DNA of 64,000 bases from Veleropilina oligotropha. Its lineage: Eukaryota. Positions 38,335-51,445 of this stretch are shown here, one piece after another; the first letter of the stretch is position 1; every line of letters begins with the position of its first letter. The notes beneath the pieces are model-generated. The model saw only the letters and a list, made by a program, of their open reading frames with translations, did no database searches and was not told the DNA's origin. A program made the translations under genes and the position numbers. The stretch is from positions 744,001 to 808,000 of the forward strand of contig JBEUKZ010000010.1 of the NCBI GenBank assembly GCA_048128005.1, in the 5' to 3' direction.

Positions 38335-39334
38335 TACGATTACCCGCCCTGCGCTTTCGCATTCCTCCCCTCTTACTAAGTTCCTTTGGTGTTCTGAACT
38401 TTGAATTGAGGCCTTGTGACCTTGAGCTCGGACATCTCGCAAGACTTGGCGAGATCTCGCCGGGGGAACTTAGAGAGGGGGAGCAGGGGAGGTAATCGTA
38501 GTGTTTTTGACTTAATAGTGCATAAAATGTGACATTATTCACTGTTTCTGGTTAGCGATAATATGACTATTATGGCAAGTGTAAGGACGTAAGTATGTTT
38601 TAACTAATATTAGGTTTACTTAAAAACCTCTTTTCTCCGACCTGAATGTTAAAAGGACGATAAACTTAAATTCAAAGCAATTTCTTAAAATAGGCGACAA
38701 TATGCACATTGATCGTGAAACCAGTTCACACTAGACATTCTTCGCTGTTCCTTTATTTTATACTTGTTTCACAATACAAGTATTTTATAACAGAGAGGGT
38801 CACTAATATGCTGCTCTGTGGTCTAGTGGATACAAGTGTGGCTTGAAATTCACACGCCAGGCTGCTGGAGGAGACGTACTGCTTCACAGGAGTGACTTTG
38901 AATCCTCTCCCAACTTTGAGGAGTTAACGGTCACAGTTGTCCATATCTCTCTGGAGCAAGCAGGTTTCGCTGGATAATAGGGGCTTTCCTCCCACGATAA
39001 TAGGGGCTTTCCTCCCACGATAATTTGGACATGCCTCGATATGACCATAGGTAGAACAATAAACACCAAAGTAACAAACACAAGCAGCCAATATGATGAT
39101 CATGCAGATCGCGAGTTTCCAATATGTCATAATCAATGAAATATGACTACTTGATAAAAAATGTCAAGTCACATGAAGAATTGTTTTAAGCATATAAACA
39201 AACCTGTTAATTCATTTACATATACACTGTATATATTGAGCTATATGTTGAGTTTATATTTCTGAAATTTATTTAATTTTATATTCATTTATTTCACAAT
39301 TTATTGTATGCTTAATTTGATCTGTCTTTTGCAG

Positions 39335-39412
39335 GACAAGAAGTCTGAGGGCATGGTGCTAGTGGGACCCAAATCAGGAATCAGTCTTGTCACAAACATC
39401 AAGGCGTCTCAA
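39335..39412 (+). CDS. FRMPD4: FRMPD4-like exon J (FERM F3)
   Basis: ttgcag|GAC...CAA|gtaagt. Peptide DKKSEGMVLVGPKSGISLVTNIKASQ (family 'LLVGP..GIS.V.N.K'). Confidence 0.9.
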
Positions 39413-39665
39413 GTAAGTCTGTTAAGATGATCCCGCGACCAACACATGGTACTATCATTCACACCAAAACAAACTGTCAGATGAGATAACAGCTAAAATT
39501 TAAATTTAATTCAATTTTTTAATTCTGTTATTTCTAATAATATTATAAAGATAGCTGCTGTCGACTCTAACCAAACTAGTAAAGCATCTAATATAATTTT
39601 CTTTATGGTTGATTCTGTGGTCATGTCATTTCAATCAGTTTTTGGTCTTTGATTGTCCATGCATC

Positions 39666-40917
39666 TGTAACAGGGTTCGATGCGGGTCGGTATTTACAAC
39701 GACTCCTCCAAGTACGTCACATCATTTATTGGTACGATATCGATAAACTGGGTATAAATCCCTACAAATATACAATTATAAAATAATATAAATACACATA
39801 TACAAAATAAGTTTAAATTAAATTCAAGGAGACGTAACATCAATACTTCGGGTCCATAGAATTATATCTGAATTAATAATGACTAAATATAATGATAAAC
39901 GCAGTTAACCAATCCAAACGTTCACGCATGGACGTCATTACAGTTAAATGCATTCTATTTGCAAGCACCTTCACTTTACCAGGTAACAAACTGACAAACA
40001 ATTGCAATACCTAAAATCACATTACTTTCATATCATATCGCAATGATATAACAAAGAGACAATACAAATATATTAATAACAAACGGCAACTACCGAATTC
40101 CTTCTCATCACTGCAAAATGTTACAATTACAATGTGTGCACACTATGTGTTACGAAATATATAATTCTACATACCCTATGTAAAAACACAAGGGATCAAG
40201 TAAACTGGTACAGCCAGACAATACGCAGGGACAGCTATCCTGACAACACAAACAATCTGCAATAAATGCAATGCATAATTTGTTAACTAAGTATCTGCTT
40301 CATCTGACTTAATACAATGAATCAATCTACAACCAAAGTGTAAATAAACATCATACATATTAAACTACCGTTCAATTAGGCTATTACATAAAAAAATAAT
40401 AACATTCTGATTGCAAGCATTGTTAAACTCAATTAGTAAAAAGTTATAATTCTTTGCATTTACAATGAATATAGTAATATAATTACCATGGATTTAACCA
40501 TCCATAGTCCGTATAGTACATACATTATTACAGTAACAACATATTGAAGTAGCAAAATTATACAGTTTCACATACCTGTACAAAAACCTTGTTCCTTATG
40601 AACGTGTTTCACCTTCTAATAACAATTTGGCTGTGTCAATGCTTGTGTATTGCAAAAACCAGTACACCTTGAGATTCACACCTCAAAGTCAAAAAACAAT
40701 AGGATTTGTTTGGATAATGCATATTGTCACTAGGGGCCTTACAAACGCATAGCTAATGACTAGGGTTGCTATTGGCGGGGCCTTGATGATATGGATAATA
40801 CATTAATAAAAGGAAACATCTTAATTTAGGGACAGTATTTTAATACTACATATATATAATATATACAACATACATGAAATAAATCTTATTCAACACTTTT
40901 AATAATGATCTGCCACA
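39666..40917 (-). repeat. Gypsy 3' LTR (1252 bp)
   Basis: By eye about 4 substitutions and 1 indel versus the 5' LTR. Confidence 0.95.
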
Positions 40918-40964
40918 CACTTCCCGCCTTCAGACAATGGTGTCCTCACCATGAAAACAAAACA

Positions 40965-43900
40965 TTAACTCTCAAACATTAATTTCTGCAGCATCCTGCA
41001 AACTTGTTCCTGTACAAATTGCGAATTGTTGTCTTGAGCCATGGCCTTTAAAATGTCTACTTTGCTTTTCCAATCCGCTCCATTGGGCTTTTCTGTGGGT
41101 ACGTGTGACATGACGTACTTATCTTCTCGCATCCAAGAAGGTGGCCTTGTCACACGAGTAGATCGTCTAGGGACTGGATCTTCGTTGATAGGATTTGTAG
41201 CCTGTCGTTCTTTCTCACGTAGCACCTCTTTTTGTTTGTTTACATCTTCTTTGAGGCTGGCCGGCCGTTGGGCTGATGATGCTTCTTCTGCGGGTGTATT
41301 TTCGGTCGTTGCCAAATCTGCAGATGAAATCAAATTATTATCTTCTCTGTCATGAACGTCATCTATGGTTTGAGATTCTCTAAGGTCTTGCGAATCGGTG
41401 GACTGTTCATCGGGAATCATATACACCATGTCTTCTTCACTATTCGAATTTGTTTCAACTTCAGAGATTTCATCATTATCGATTACTTTTGTTGAATGTG
41501 GAGGTGGCTCTTCTTCCTCTATTTTCTTCTTTGTCTTCGACTTCACTGGAAGCGATGTTATAGGCAACAACAGATTTCTATGCAGCGTTCGTTTCTTTCC
41601 ATTTCCATCTTCTCTTTGGACCGTGTAGACAGGAATGTCAACATTGGGCTGGTCAATTACTGTGTACGACTCCTGCTCCCATTTATCCGCAATTTTGTGT
41701 TTCCCATCAAATGCGACGATCTTCACTAACACTCTGTCTCCCTTTTCCACAGTGGCACCTCTTACCTTAGTGTCGTATCCTTTCTTCTGGTGTTTCTGAG
41801 CTGCTTCCGCCATCTCACTGGCTAACTCGTACGACCTTTTCAACTTCTTCTTTAATGATTCAACGAAGCTGGAGTAGTTCGTCTCTTCTCCTTCGGGCTC
41901 TAGTCCTAGGACTAAGTCTACTGGGAGGCGCGGATGTCTTCCAAACATCAGAAAATATGGACTGTACTTTGTCGTCTCGTGTTTGGTGCAATTATACGCA
42001 TGTACCAAAGGTGCGATGTGGCTCTTCCAATCTGTCTTCTTCTCTGGTTCGAGGGTTCCCATCATGTTCAAAAGGGTGCGGTTAAAACGTTCACACACGC
42101 CATTTCCCATTGGATGATATGGGGTCGTTTGTGATTTGGCGATTCCTGCAACGGTACAAAGCTCAGCTATCAATTTACTGGTGAAGTTCGCACCCTGATC
42201 GCTATGAATGCGCCTTGGGAAACCATAATGAACAATAAAAGAGTTAAAAAATACTTGAGCAACAGTCTTAGCAGTCATGTTCTTCGTGGGAATGGCTAAA
42301 GCATATTTAGTGAAATGGTCTGTGATCACTAACACCGACTGGTACCCACCTTTGGATTCCTCCAATGTCAGGAAGTCCATACAAACCAACTCCAATGGCT
42401 GACTAGTTGAAATACTAACCAATGGTGCTCTCATATTGGTAGGTGACTTTCTTCTCAAACACCGATCACACTGCCTTACCTTTTCATCCACGTCTTTGGA
42501 CATCTTTGGCCACCAGAATCGTTCTCTGACTAGTGATAAGGTTCTATCTCTACCAGGATGTCCTACATCATCGTGCAAACCTTTCAGGGCCGTGGCTATA
42601 TACGCTGTGGGCAATACCAGCTGATCAGCCTCCCTTCCTTCCTGCAATGTTCGTCTGTACAAGACACCACGTTTCAAGATCAGACGATCATATTCCCTGC
42701 AAATTAATTGTAAGTTCTTTTCTTTACTACACTGATTGTGTGTAGGTCGTCTCTTCTCTGTAATAAACTTTAGGATTGTACTTATTACTGGATCATTTCT
42801 TTGTGCATTTCTCCAATCCACGGGCGTATGTTGGGTCATGTCAACATCTGAAAGAAGGTCAGTAGACATGCAGAAAGTTTCGATGTAGTTGTCTAAAGCC
42901 TTATTCTTACAAATTTCGAAAACACTCTCAGAGTTAATAACCTTATACTGGTCTTCTGTATCTGGAAGTCTGGACAGGATATCCGCATCGATGTTCTTCT
43001 TTCCTGATCTATATTTGATGTCAAAATTGTATCCGGATAAGGCTGCCAACCATCTGTGACCCGTGGAGTCTAGTTTAGCTGTGGTTAATATGTATGTTAA
43101 CGGGTTGTTGTCTGTAAAAACAGTGAAAGTATTTCCATAGAGATAATCATGCATTTTTTTCGTGCATGCCCATTTTAATGCCAGGAACTCTAATTTATGC
43201 GCCGAGTAATTCCTCTCTGACTTCGACAAGCTTCTGCTGGCGTAACAAACAACCTTCTCTTTACCGTCTTGAAGTTGGTAGAGCACTGCTCCTAGGCCGC
43301 TTCCGCTGGCGTCAGTGTGCAAGATGAATCGTTTACTGTAATCGGGATACGCCAGGATTGGTGGTGACATTAGGCATGTTTTTAACATCTGGAAGGAATC
43401 TTCCTGCTCCTGTCCCCACACCCATGGTGGTAACTGTTGGGGAGACGCATTCTTCTGATTCTTCCTTCTTTTCATTTGCCCAGTCGCCAGCAGGATGTTT
43501 AACGGTCTGGCCTTTACAGAGAAGTCTTTGATGAAACGTCTGTAATAACCGGCGAATCCTAAAAACTTTCTCAGGGCTTTGACATCTCTGGGGGTGGGCC
43601 AGGACTTGATTACCTCTAATTTGTCTGGATCAGTCTGGACTCCTTCGGCAGAAACAATATGGCCGACATACTTAACCTTCTTCTGTAGAAAGCTACACTT
43701 CTTAGGACCCAGCTTCAATCCGCTCTCCTTCAGTCGATGAAACACGGCTTCCAATCGTTCCATATGCTCTTCAAAGGTATCAGCAAAGATAATGACATCA
43801 TCTAAATAAACAAAGCATATCTTATGGTGTAGACCGTAAAGTACTTCTTCCATTAAACGTTGGTATGTGGCTGGAGCATTTGTTAATCCAAATCCCATTC

Positions 43901-45317
43901 GTTCATACTCAAACAACCCCAAAGGTCCAACCGTAAAGGCAGTGCATGGCTTGTCCCGCTCTTCTAGCTCTATTTGGTGGTATCCACTCTTCATGTCGAT
44001 AACAGTGAAATAATTCGCTCCTCCTAATGAATCCAATATTTCTTCAATCCTTGGTAAGGCGTATGCATCTTTGATGGTGCGTTGATTCAGTTGGCGGTAG
44101 TCGACACACATACGCAAACTGCCATCTTTCTTGCGAACGATAACGATATTCGATGCCCAGGGACTGTGAGACTTCCTGATGATTCCACAGCTCAGGAGTT
44201 CCTCCAAATGCTGCTTAATCTCATCGTACATCGCTGGAGGTATCCTTCTGTGTCTTTGCTTGAATGGAATGTCGTTCGTCAACTTGATCCGATGCTTCAC
44301 CACGTCCGTATATCCGATGTCATTGTCCCCTGTTGAAAATAAATTCTTCCATGACATAAGGAAACGTTTAACTTCTTTGACTTGATCATTTGATAGGTCA
44401 CATTCAGAAAGGTTAAAACTATTTACAAAGTCATCATTATTTACAATACTCTGGTTAGTTGCATCATAAACCTCGGGGAATGACATCTCTACAGTGACAG
44501 AGTGTAACTCACCAATGATTGCCCTGGGTGGTACCACAATCGCTTGCGTTGTTAAGTTTGTCAGGGTCACTTGAATAAGGTTGTGGATTCCATTACTGTA
44601 GCTTACCACGGCCGGTGAAATCTCAACTTCAACCGGAAAAATGGAATCTTCACTGGTATGCACGATGGCCGGGCAATCTCTGTATGCTACTCTATCAGAT
44701 ACAAAACAATCGATACTTTTAGTTGTGTTACTTGGTATGACTATATTATTTCTTGACGCACATTTAACCACCCCCAGTCTTCCTTTAGATTGATTTAAGT
44801 GTCTCTCCTGTGTCGTCATCGCTTTAAAACTTGTCACCCATTTTTCATCCAGAGTATCCCTTTGACTGTATCTTACACCGCTATGTGTCTTCACCACCTC
44901 TAGCATTGGACATAATACATTTGTACCAAGCAGTAACGGCACTCTTCTGTGATAATCAGTGTCTGGAACAACCAATAGTAATGATGTAAGTGGTTGATAG
45001 GGGCCCGGTACTTGAAGGTCGATTTCCACTTATCCTAAGTATGGCAATTTATGACCACTCGCTCCTCTAACTTCCAACAAGTTATCAAGGGATTGTATTG
45101 GGGTGTTGCGAAGGAAGTCACGATGAAACTTTTCACTTATAGTTGAAATCGTTGCTCCGGTATCAAGTAAAGCAGTCGCTGAAATTTTATTTACAAGTAC
45201 GCTTACTTCATTTGACTTACCCACGAGGTATCTGGGTACTTGATGAATATGGGATTCAGGGCATGAGGCAAAACAGTCTACTGCTTGCCCCCTGGCAGAG
45301 ACTGGCCGTAGTTTAAA
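40965..45317 (-). pseudogene. Gypsy pol (protease, RT, RNase H, integrase) with one in-frame TAA at 45030-45032
   Basis: ALLDTGA, YLDDVI, TDAS, HHCC zinc finger, DDE core. ORFs 45030-45389 and 40965-45029 are adjacent in the same frame. Confidence 0.92.
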
Positions 45318-46434
45318 TCTTTCCGAATATGGTCCATTCGAACTCGACATCCCAGTTTCACGTGACCCATCTGACCGCATCTCCAACAAATCGGATCGGT
45401 TTCCCTTGGACGTTGATCTTCAAATCGGTTACTTCTGTTTCCAGCGTCGGGTCGATTCCGGTTCCCCATATACTGCTGTTGGTCCCGTCTGTAGCTTGCT
45501 GGTGGACATCGACTTGTAGGGTATTGGGGTCTTCGTTCATCCTGTGTGTGGTACTCTGGTTGATTCTCTATCATCCGTGGTGCTGTTTGCCGTTTTCCTT
45601 GCAAGGTGACTTCGTCTTGAAGGCTTTTAACCGAGCTTGACAGTTGGCATACCAATCCCTTTAATTCCTTGATGTCATCTGTAGTTGTATCTATGGACTT
45701 GACCTGCGACTGGACAGACTGGCTTCGTTGTTGCGCCCGGTGTGATTCTTCCATCTGCTGTTTACTATCGAATTCGATTCGTCTGAGCTCTACTCTGAGT
45801 TCATCAAAGTTCTTTATTTTATCGAACTTATGGCCGGAACATACCTTCAAGTATGGCAGTAATCCAGTCCAAAACTTCGTTCTCAGCATTTCAGGAAAAG
45901 CCTTCTCGTCGATCTGGCCTTGTCCAAAATGTCCTCCAGGCGGCATCCCCATGTTGCGACATCTTCATTTTCACGTTGATGGGCTCCATAGAATTGCGCA
46001 AGGAGACTTTCGCCCATCTCGACAGTTCCAAACACAGCTTCTAACTTGTGGAGTACCTCATTAACGGTGGCGCCTGGTCCAAGTCTCATCGCCATTCTGC
46101 CCGCCTCGCCTTTTAGTGACTTCCTTATAGCTAACTGTATAGACTCACTACGGTATATACCTTCAGTTACTAAACATTTAACACTATAATTCCACAGATC
46201 AAATGAAGTGTCTGCCTTAGCATTAGGGTCACCAGAAAACATAGGTAATGACGGGGGTTGGTGTAACACATGGGATGTACTACTAATTTCAGTTTTAACA
46301 GGAATTTTACCTATTGAACTTAAATAATCAACCATCCATTGTTGGAGTTCCTCGGGACTTCCAACATTAGGCTTAACTCCCAATCCTTCAAACGATTTTG
46401 CGAGTTCATTAGCATCAATACTGCCTTTATCCAT
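45278..46434 (-). pseudogene. Gypsy gag (PNMA-like capsid plus CCHC knuckle), frameshift near 45915
   Basis: LPMFSG...FDLW, SLKGEA, 'LRTKFWTGL', CWRCGQMGHVKLGC; split over ORFs 45883-46461 and 45278-45952. Confidence 0.85.
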
Positions 46435-46933
46435 TTTAAAATTATATGAACAATTGCACAATTATAGTGACTGAATTGATGATGTATGAGTAAGCTAAGG
46501 GTATAGCGCAGTCAAATAAAGAAATAAAATAGTGGGGTGTTACGGTTCACTCAAATACGGTAAGACATAAATATAAGGCAATAACTATACATTCACACAC
46601 TATTAGATGCAATGTGTACATATGTGTTACTCAAGATGGTTGATATGTGCAAGTTAAAAATAAAAATATGTTCGTACTGTCATCAAATATTAACTCGTCA
46701 CAGCCTGTGTGACAAAATTATGTACCAGTTCAGTTTAACTTTTGAAATAAATCATGCGCACAGTACTTTGTTTTTCGGCTTCTCTTGTTACTCGCTGACG
46801 TTGTTGAAGTCCTGCCTTTCTTTACGAATACGAATGTTCGAAAATCCCTTTGTTTGGAGGAATTATAGTTCATCGCCGACGACATCAACGTACTGCAAGC
46901 ATCACGAAGAGAAGTCCCCTTGAGGGCTCCATT

Positions 46934-48186
46934 TGTAACAGGGTTCGATGCGGGTGGGTATTTACAACGACTCCTCCAAGTACGTCACATCATTTATTGG
47001 TACGATATCGATAAACTGGGTATAAATCCCTACAAATATACAATTATAAAATAATATAAATACACATATACAAAATAAGTTTAAATTAAATTCAAGGAGA
47101 CGTAACATCAATACTTCGGGTCCATAGAATTATATCTGAATTAATAATGACTAAATATAATGATAAACGCAGTTAACCAATCCAAACGTTCACGCATGGA
47201 CGTCATTACAGTTAAACGCATTCTATTTGCAAGCACCTTCACTTTACCAGGTAACAAACTGACAAACAATTGCAATACCTAAAATCACATTACTTTCATA
47301 TCATATCGCAATGATATAACAAAGAGAAAAAACAAATATATTAATAACAAACGGCAACTACCGAATTCCTTCTCATCACTGCAAAATGTTACAATTACAA
47401 TGTGTGCACACTATGTGTTACGAAATATATAATTCTACATACCCTATGTAAAAACACAAGGGATCAAGTAAACTGGTACAGCCAGACAATACGCAGGGAC
47501 AGCTATCCTGACAACACAAACAATCTGCAATAAATGCAATGCATAATTTGTTAACTAAGTATCTGCTTCATCTGACTTAATACAATGAATCAATCTACAA
47601 CCAAAGTGTAAATAAACATCATACATATTAAACTACCGTTCAATTAGGCTATTACATAAAAAAATAATAACATTCTGATTGCAAGCATTGTTAAACTCAA
47701 TTAGTAAAAAGTTATAATTCTTTGCATTTACAATGAATATAGTAATATAATTACCATGGATTTAACCATCCATAGTCCGTATAGTACATACATTATTACA
47801 GTAACAACATATTGAAGTAGCAAAATTATACAGTTTCACATACCTGTACAAAAACCTTGTTCCTTATGAACGTGTTTCACCTTCTAATAACAATTTGGCT
47901 GTGTCAATGCTTGTGTATTGCAAAAACCAGTACACCTTGAGATTCACACCTCAAAGTCAAAAAAACAATAGGATTTGTTTGGATAATGCATATTGTCACT
48001 AGGGGCCTTACAAACGCATAGCTAATGACTAGGGTTGCTATTGGCGGGGCCTTGATGATATGGATAATACATTAATAAAAGGAAACATCTTAATTTAGGG
48101 ACAGTATTTTAATACTACATATATATAATATATACAACATACATGAAATAAATCTTATTCAACACTTTTAATAATGATCTGCCACA
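46934..48186 (-). repeat. Gypsy 5' LTR (1253 bp)
   Basis: Near-identical to 39666-40917. Confidence 0.95.
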
Positions 48187-48387
48187 CATCCACACGCTGT
48201 TAATTTCACAGTAAAAATCAATGACAAATATGTGACAATTAAATCAAGATGATAAAATTGTGTCTTTAAAATTGGTCTACATTATGAAGATGCGGCTTAA
48301 AATACACCTTCAGTCATATGAAGGGAGACAACTCAAATGAGACTACACATTTCTGTTATCATTTCTGTGCTTTTGATATTCTTTCAG

Positions 48388-48492
48388 ACAATGGTGCTTG
48401 CAGACTTTGAACAAATTATGTCAATTTCTGTCACAAAAGAAGGAGAGAGTATGCAGAGAGTTCTTATGGAAATGAACGGAGATGGGCAGGAG
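48388..48492 (+). CDS. FRMPD4: FRMPD4-like exon K (FERM F3)
   Basis: tttcag|ACA...GAG|gtatgt. Peptide TMVLADFEQIMSISVTKEGESMQRVLMEMNGDGQE. Confidence 0.9.
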
Positions 48493-48932
48493 GTATGTAT
48501 AAGTGTTGGTTTATATCAGACAATGGTGTTCTTGGCAATGATATTATAATAGTGTTTGGCATGATGAAAGAATTTACAGAATATAGGCTAACTAGGCAAA
48601 ACTTCACTGCATGTTGGTTGTATATCTTTAGGCGCTCATATTGTTCAAATGTGGATCAGGGTGGGGGGAGCAAAGAAATGATGCATTCCTGAGTCATTTT
48701 TAGATGGGTTGAAAAATGCAAAATAATCTTCCCCATCATTGGTCTTTGAAATTGTCATTTACACGTCATCAAGACATAAATTGTTACATATTTGCTCCTA
48801 AATTGGCCTTTACCATATATTCTGTATGTGATACGTGCAGTCAACACATATCAAGTCAGAAACAACTGGGTCATATAATAATCAATCTTCATTTTGTCAT
48901 TAAATTAAATGAAAATCTCTGGTATGTTACAG

Positions 48933-49071
48933 AATATTTGCCTCGGGCTGCTCAATGAAGACGTGGAAAACTTTATTTGTCTTGTCGAAGGATATTATCG
49001 CATCTTTGTAAATGACGATGCGACGTTGTATCCGAAGCAGTCATCACAAAATGATGAAACAGATAATGATC
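48933..49071 (+). CDS. FRMPD4: FRMPD4-like exon L (FERM F3 end)
   Basis: ttacag|AAT...GAT C|gtaagt. Peptide NICLGLLNEDVENFICLVEGYYRIFVNDD..., with the 'GYYR' motif. Confidence 0.9.
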
Positions 49072-49797
49072 GTAAGTACCGGTATTATTAGCTGACATAT
49101 CATTACTGCTTGCAATGCAATCATATAATCAATCAATTACTCTTCCATGGGAAAGAAGAGGGGATAGGATGATTAATAGTCATCGTTCAGCCACGACCGC
49201 CGCAGAGATTTCTTGTGTGTGCTCTACAGTGAAAAGTTTTAATCCGATTTGATTCAAATTCGGTATGTGCGTTAGTTAATTATAATGAGGACATGCCACC
49301 TAACGATTTTCATGGTTTTTTTATTCAAGATTATGGCCATTTTGTTTGTAGAAATTTAACAGTGAAAAGTTCGTATGAAGGTGATACATTCCCTCGATTG
49401 CATGGTGGGGTCGAGGATTTGCTAGTTTGAATATCCTATTGCAAAAATATCTAATTTGGAAAGATAACTTCTAAAAATCTTATTATCCCTCGTAACATTG
49501 AAGTTTTGCGGGGGATGCGGAAACGAGTTCTGTCCAAGCATCTTCTGTGCTTCCGTCCGTCCGATGATGTCTTTCGTTGGAATATGGATCAAGGGAGATA
49601 AGTCTTGATGTACTAGGATGTGTCTATTGAATGCAAGACACTATCTTTTGCATGCTTAGCCTAGATTAATGTAGGCGTACAAATTAAGCACATCCGTACA
49701 ACATTGTATATTGGCGTAAAACCTTGTCAGCCCATAGGAAAATCAGATGAACATTAATATACAAATATTATATATGTTAAATGCTTGATCATTTTAG

Positions 49798-50006
49798 TTC
49801 CATCGTATCCAAACAAACACCGAGTGGTGGCAGCACCCTGGAGTTATCCGGAAGATCTCGTGTCCCAGGTGATCGGAACAGGCGACGAAGATGATTCCAG
49901 CTGCATGTCCGAGAACGAGCATATCGTGGATCTGTCCAAGGGGCCGCCTCCCTACAAGGAGGATGAGGAGTACATCGCCAAAATCAAACAGGAGCTGGGG
50001 ATACAG
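49798..50006 (+). CDS. FRMPD4: FRMPD4-like exon M (post-FERM)
   Basis: ttttag|TT CCA...ATA CAG|gtatgc. Peptide PSYPNKHRVVAAPWSYPEDL...DLSKGPPPYKED; phase 1 to 0 matches neighbours. Confidence 0.82.
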
Positions 50007-50390
50007 GTATGCATGATCATAATGGTTCGGTAAATTTAAGTTCACAAGATAAACGTTAGCCTAGTCTCTTTCGACAATTTAAAAATGATAATTTTGGCCC
50101 CCTTCCAAATTATTTAAATATTTATGTCCACTCCCATCTCGGGCTTTCTGTCCTTCAGTCCTGTATTTTCTCACTAAATATTTTTCCATTTTGAGGAATA
50201 TTGCTAGCTTCTGAAAATTAATACAAATCTACTAGCGCCATGTATGGAGTATATAAACTTCAAATATTTGGAATTTGGTCTGGAAATATCATCTCCGTCC
50301 CTTGAGGCATGAATGTGGTCAATAATATATGCAGGGGACAATTCAAATTTGAAATGCAATTTTGAATACCTTACAAATTTTGTGATAACT

Positions 50391-51445
50391 TTTTTATCCC
50401 CCCGGTATATAATGTGGGGGGATATAGTCATCAGCATGTCCGTACGTCTGTAATCATTTTGTTTCCGGAGCATAGCTCCTAAACCGCTTGACATAACTTT
50501 ACAAAACTTGCTGGGTGTATTAAGTAGTCGGTGAACTGGTGCCTTTTGCCAGTTTCGACACTGAGCAGCGATTATTAACAGAGTTATTGCCCTTGTTGTA
50601 AATTCTAATCGATATCATTTCCGGAGCATGTCTCATACACCGCTCGACATAACTTTACGAAACTTGCTGGGTGTATTAAGTAGTCGGTGAACTGGTGCCT
50701 TTTGCCAGTTTCGACGTTGAGCAGCGATTATTAACAGAGTTATTGCCCTTGTTGTAAATTCTAAACGATATCGTTTCCAGAGCATATCTCATACACCGCT
50801 TGACATAACTTTACGAAACTTGCTGGATGTATTAAGTAGTCGGTGAACTGGTGCCTTATGCCAGTTTTGACGTTGAGCTACGATTATTAACAGAGTTATT
50901 GCCCTTGTTGTAAATTTGTTTGTTATTTTTTCCAGAGCGTATCTTATATGCCGCTCAATATAACTTTACGAAACTTGCTGGTGTATTAAGTAGTCGGTGA
51001 ACTGCTGCCTTTTGCCAGTTTTGACATTGAGCGGCTATTATTAACAGAGTTATTGCCCTTGTTGTAAATTCGTTAATGTTATCTTTTCCAGAGCGTATCT
51101 CATAAACCGCTCAGCATATCTTTATGAAATTTAGCGGGTGTATTCAGTAGCTTGTGCCTTTTGGATATTTCAACGTTGTGCGACGATTATTAACAGAGTT
51201 ATTGCCCTTGCTTTAACTTCGTTAAAAGATGTTCTCCGGAGTATATCTCATAAACGCCTTGACTTATCTTTACGAATAAATTGTGGGTGTATTTAATAAT
51301 TGGTTAACTGGCGCCTTTTCATAATTTTGATGTTGTGCGGTGATTTATGACAGAGTTATTGCCCTTTCCTCAAATTATATAAAATGATCTTTTCCGGACC
51401 ATCTATGCACCGGGGGGATATGTCATCTTCTGATGGCTTTTGTTC
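50391..51445 (+). mobile_element. HINE-like element with about six 156 bp internal tandem repeats
   Basis: TTTTTATCCCCCCGG...GGGGGGATA start; 3' CCGGGGGGATA, hairpin GTCATC..GATGGC, then TTGTT. Confidence 0.75.

Larger units (their letters stand above)
27962..38630 (+). mobile_element. DIRS1-type tyrosine-recombinase retrotransposon, full structure, degraded
   Basis: Inverted terminal repeats 27962-28175 and 38397-38630, internal complementary region 38244-38334, gag, RT/RNaseH/MT and YR ORFs, no TSD. Confidence 0.93.
39666..48186 (-). mobile_element. Ty3/Gypsy LTR retrotransposon, full length
   Basis: TG...CA LTRs, 4 bp TSD CATC (39662-65 and 48187-90), PBS TGGAGCCCTC after the 5' LTR, PPT AAGGCGGGAAG, gag then PR-RT-RH-IN order. 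Confidence 0.97.
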
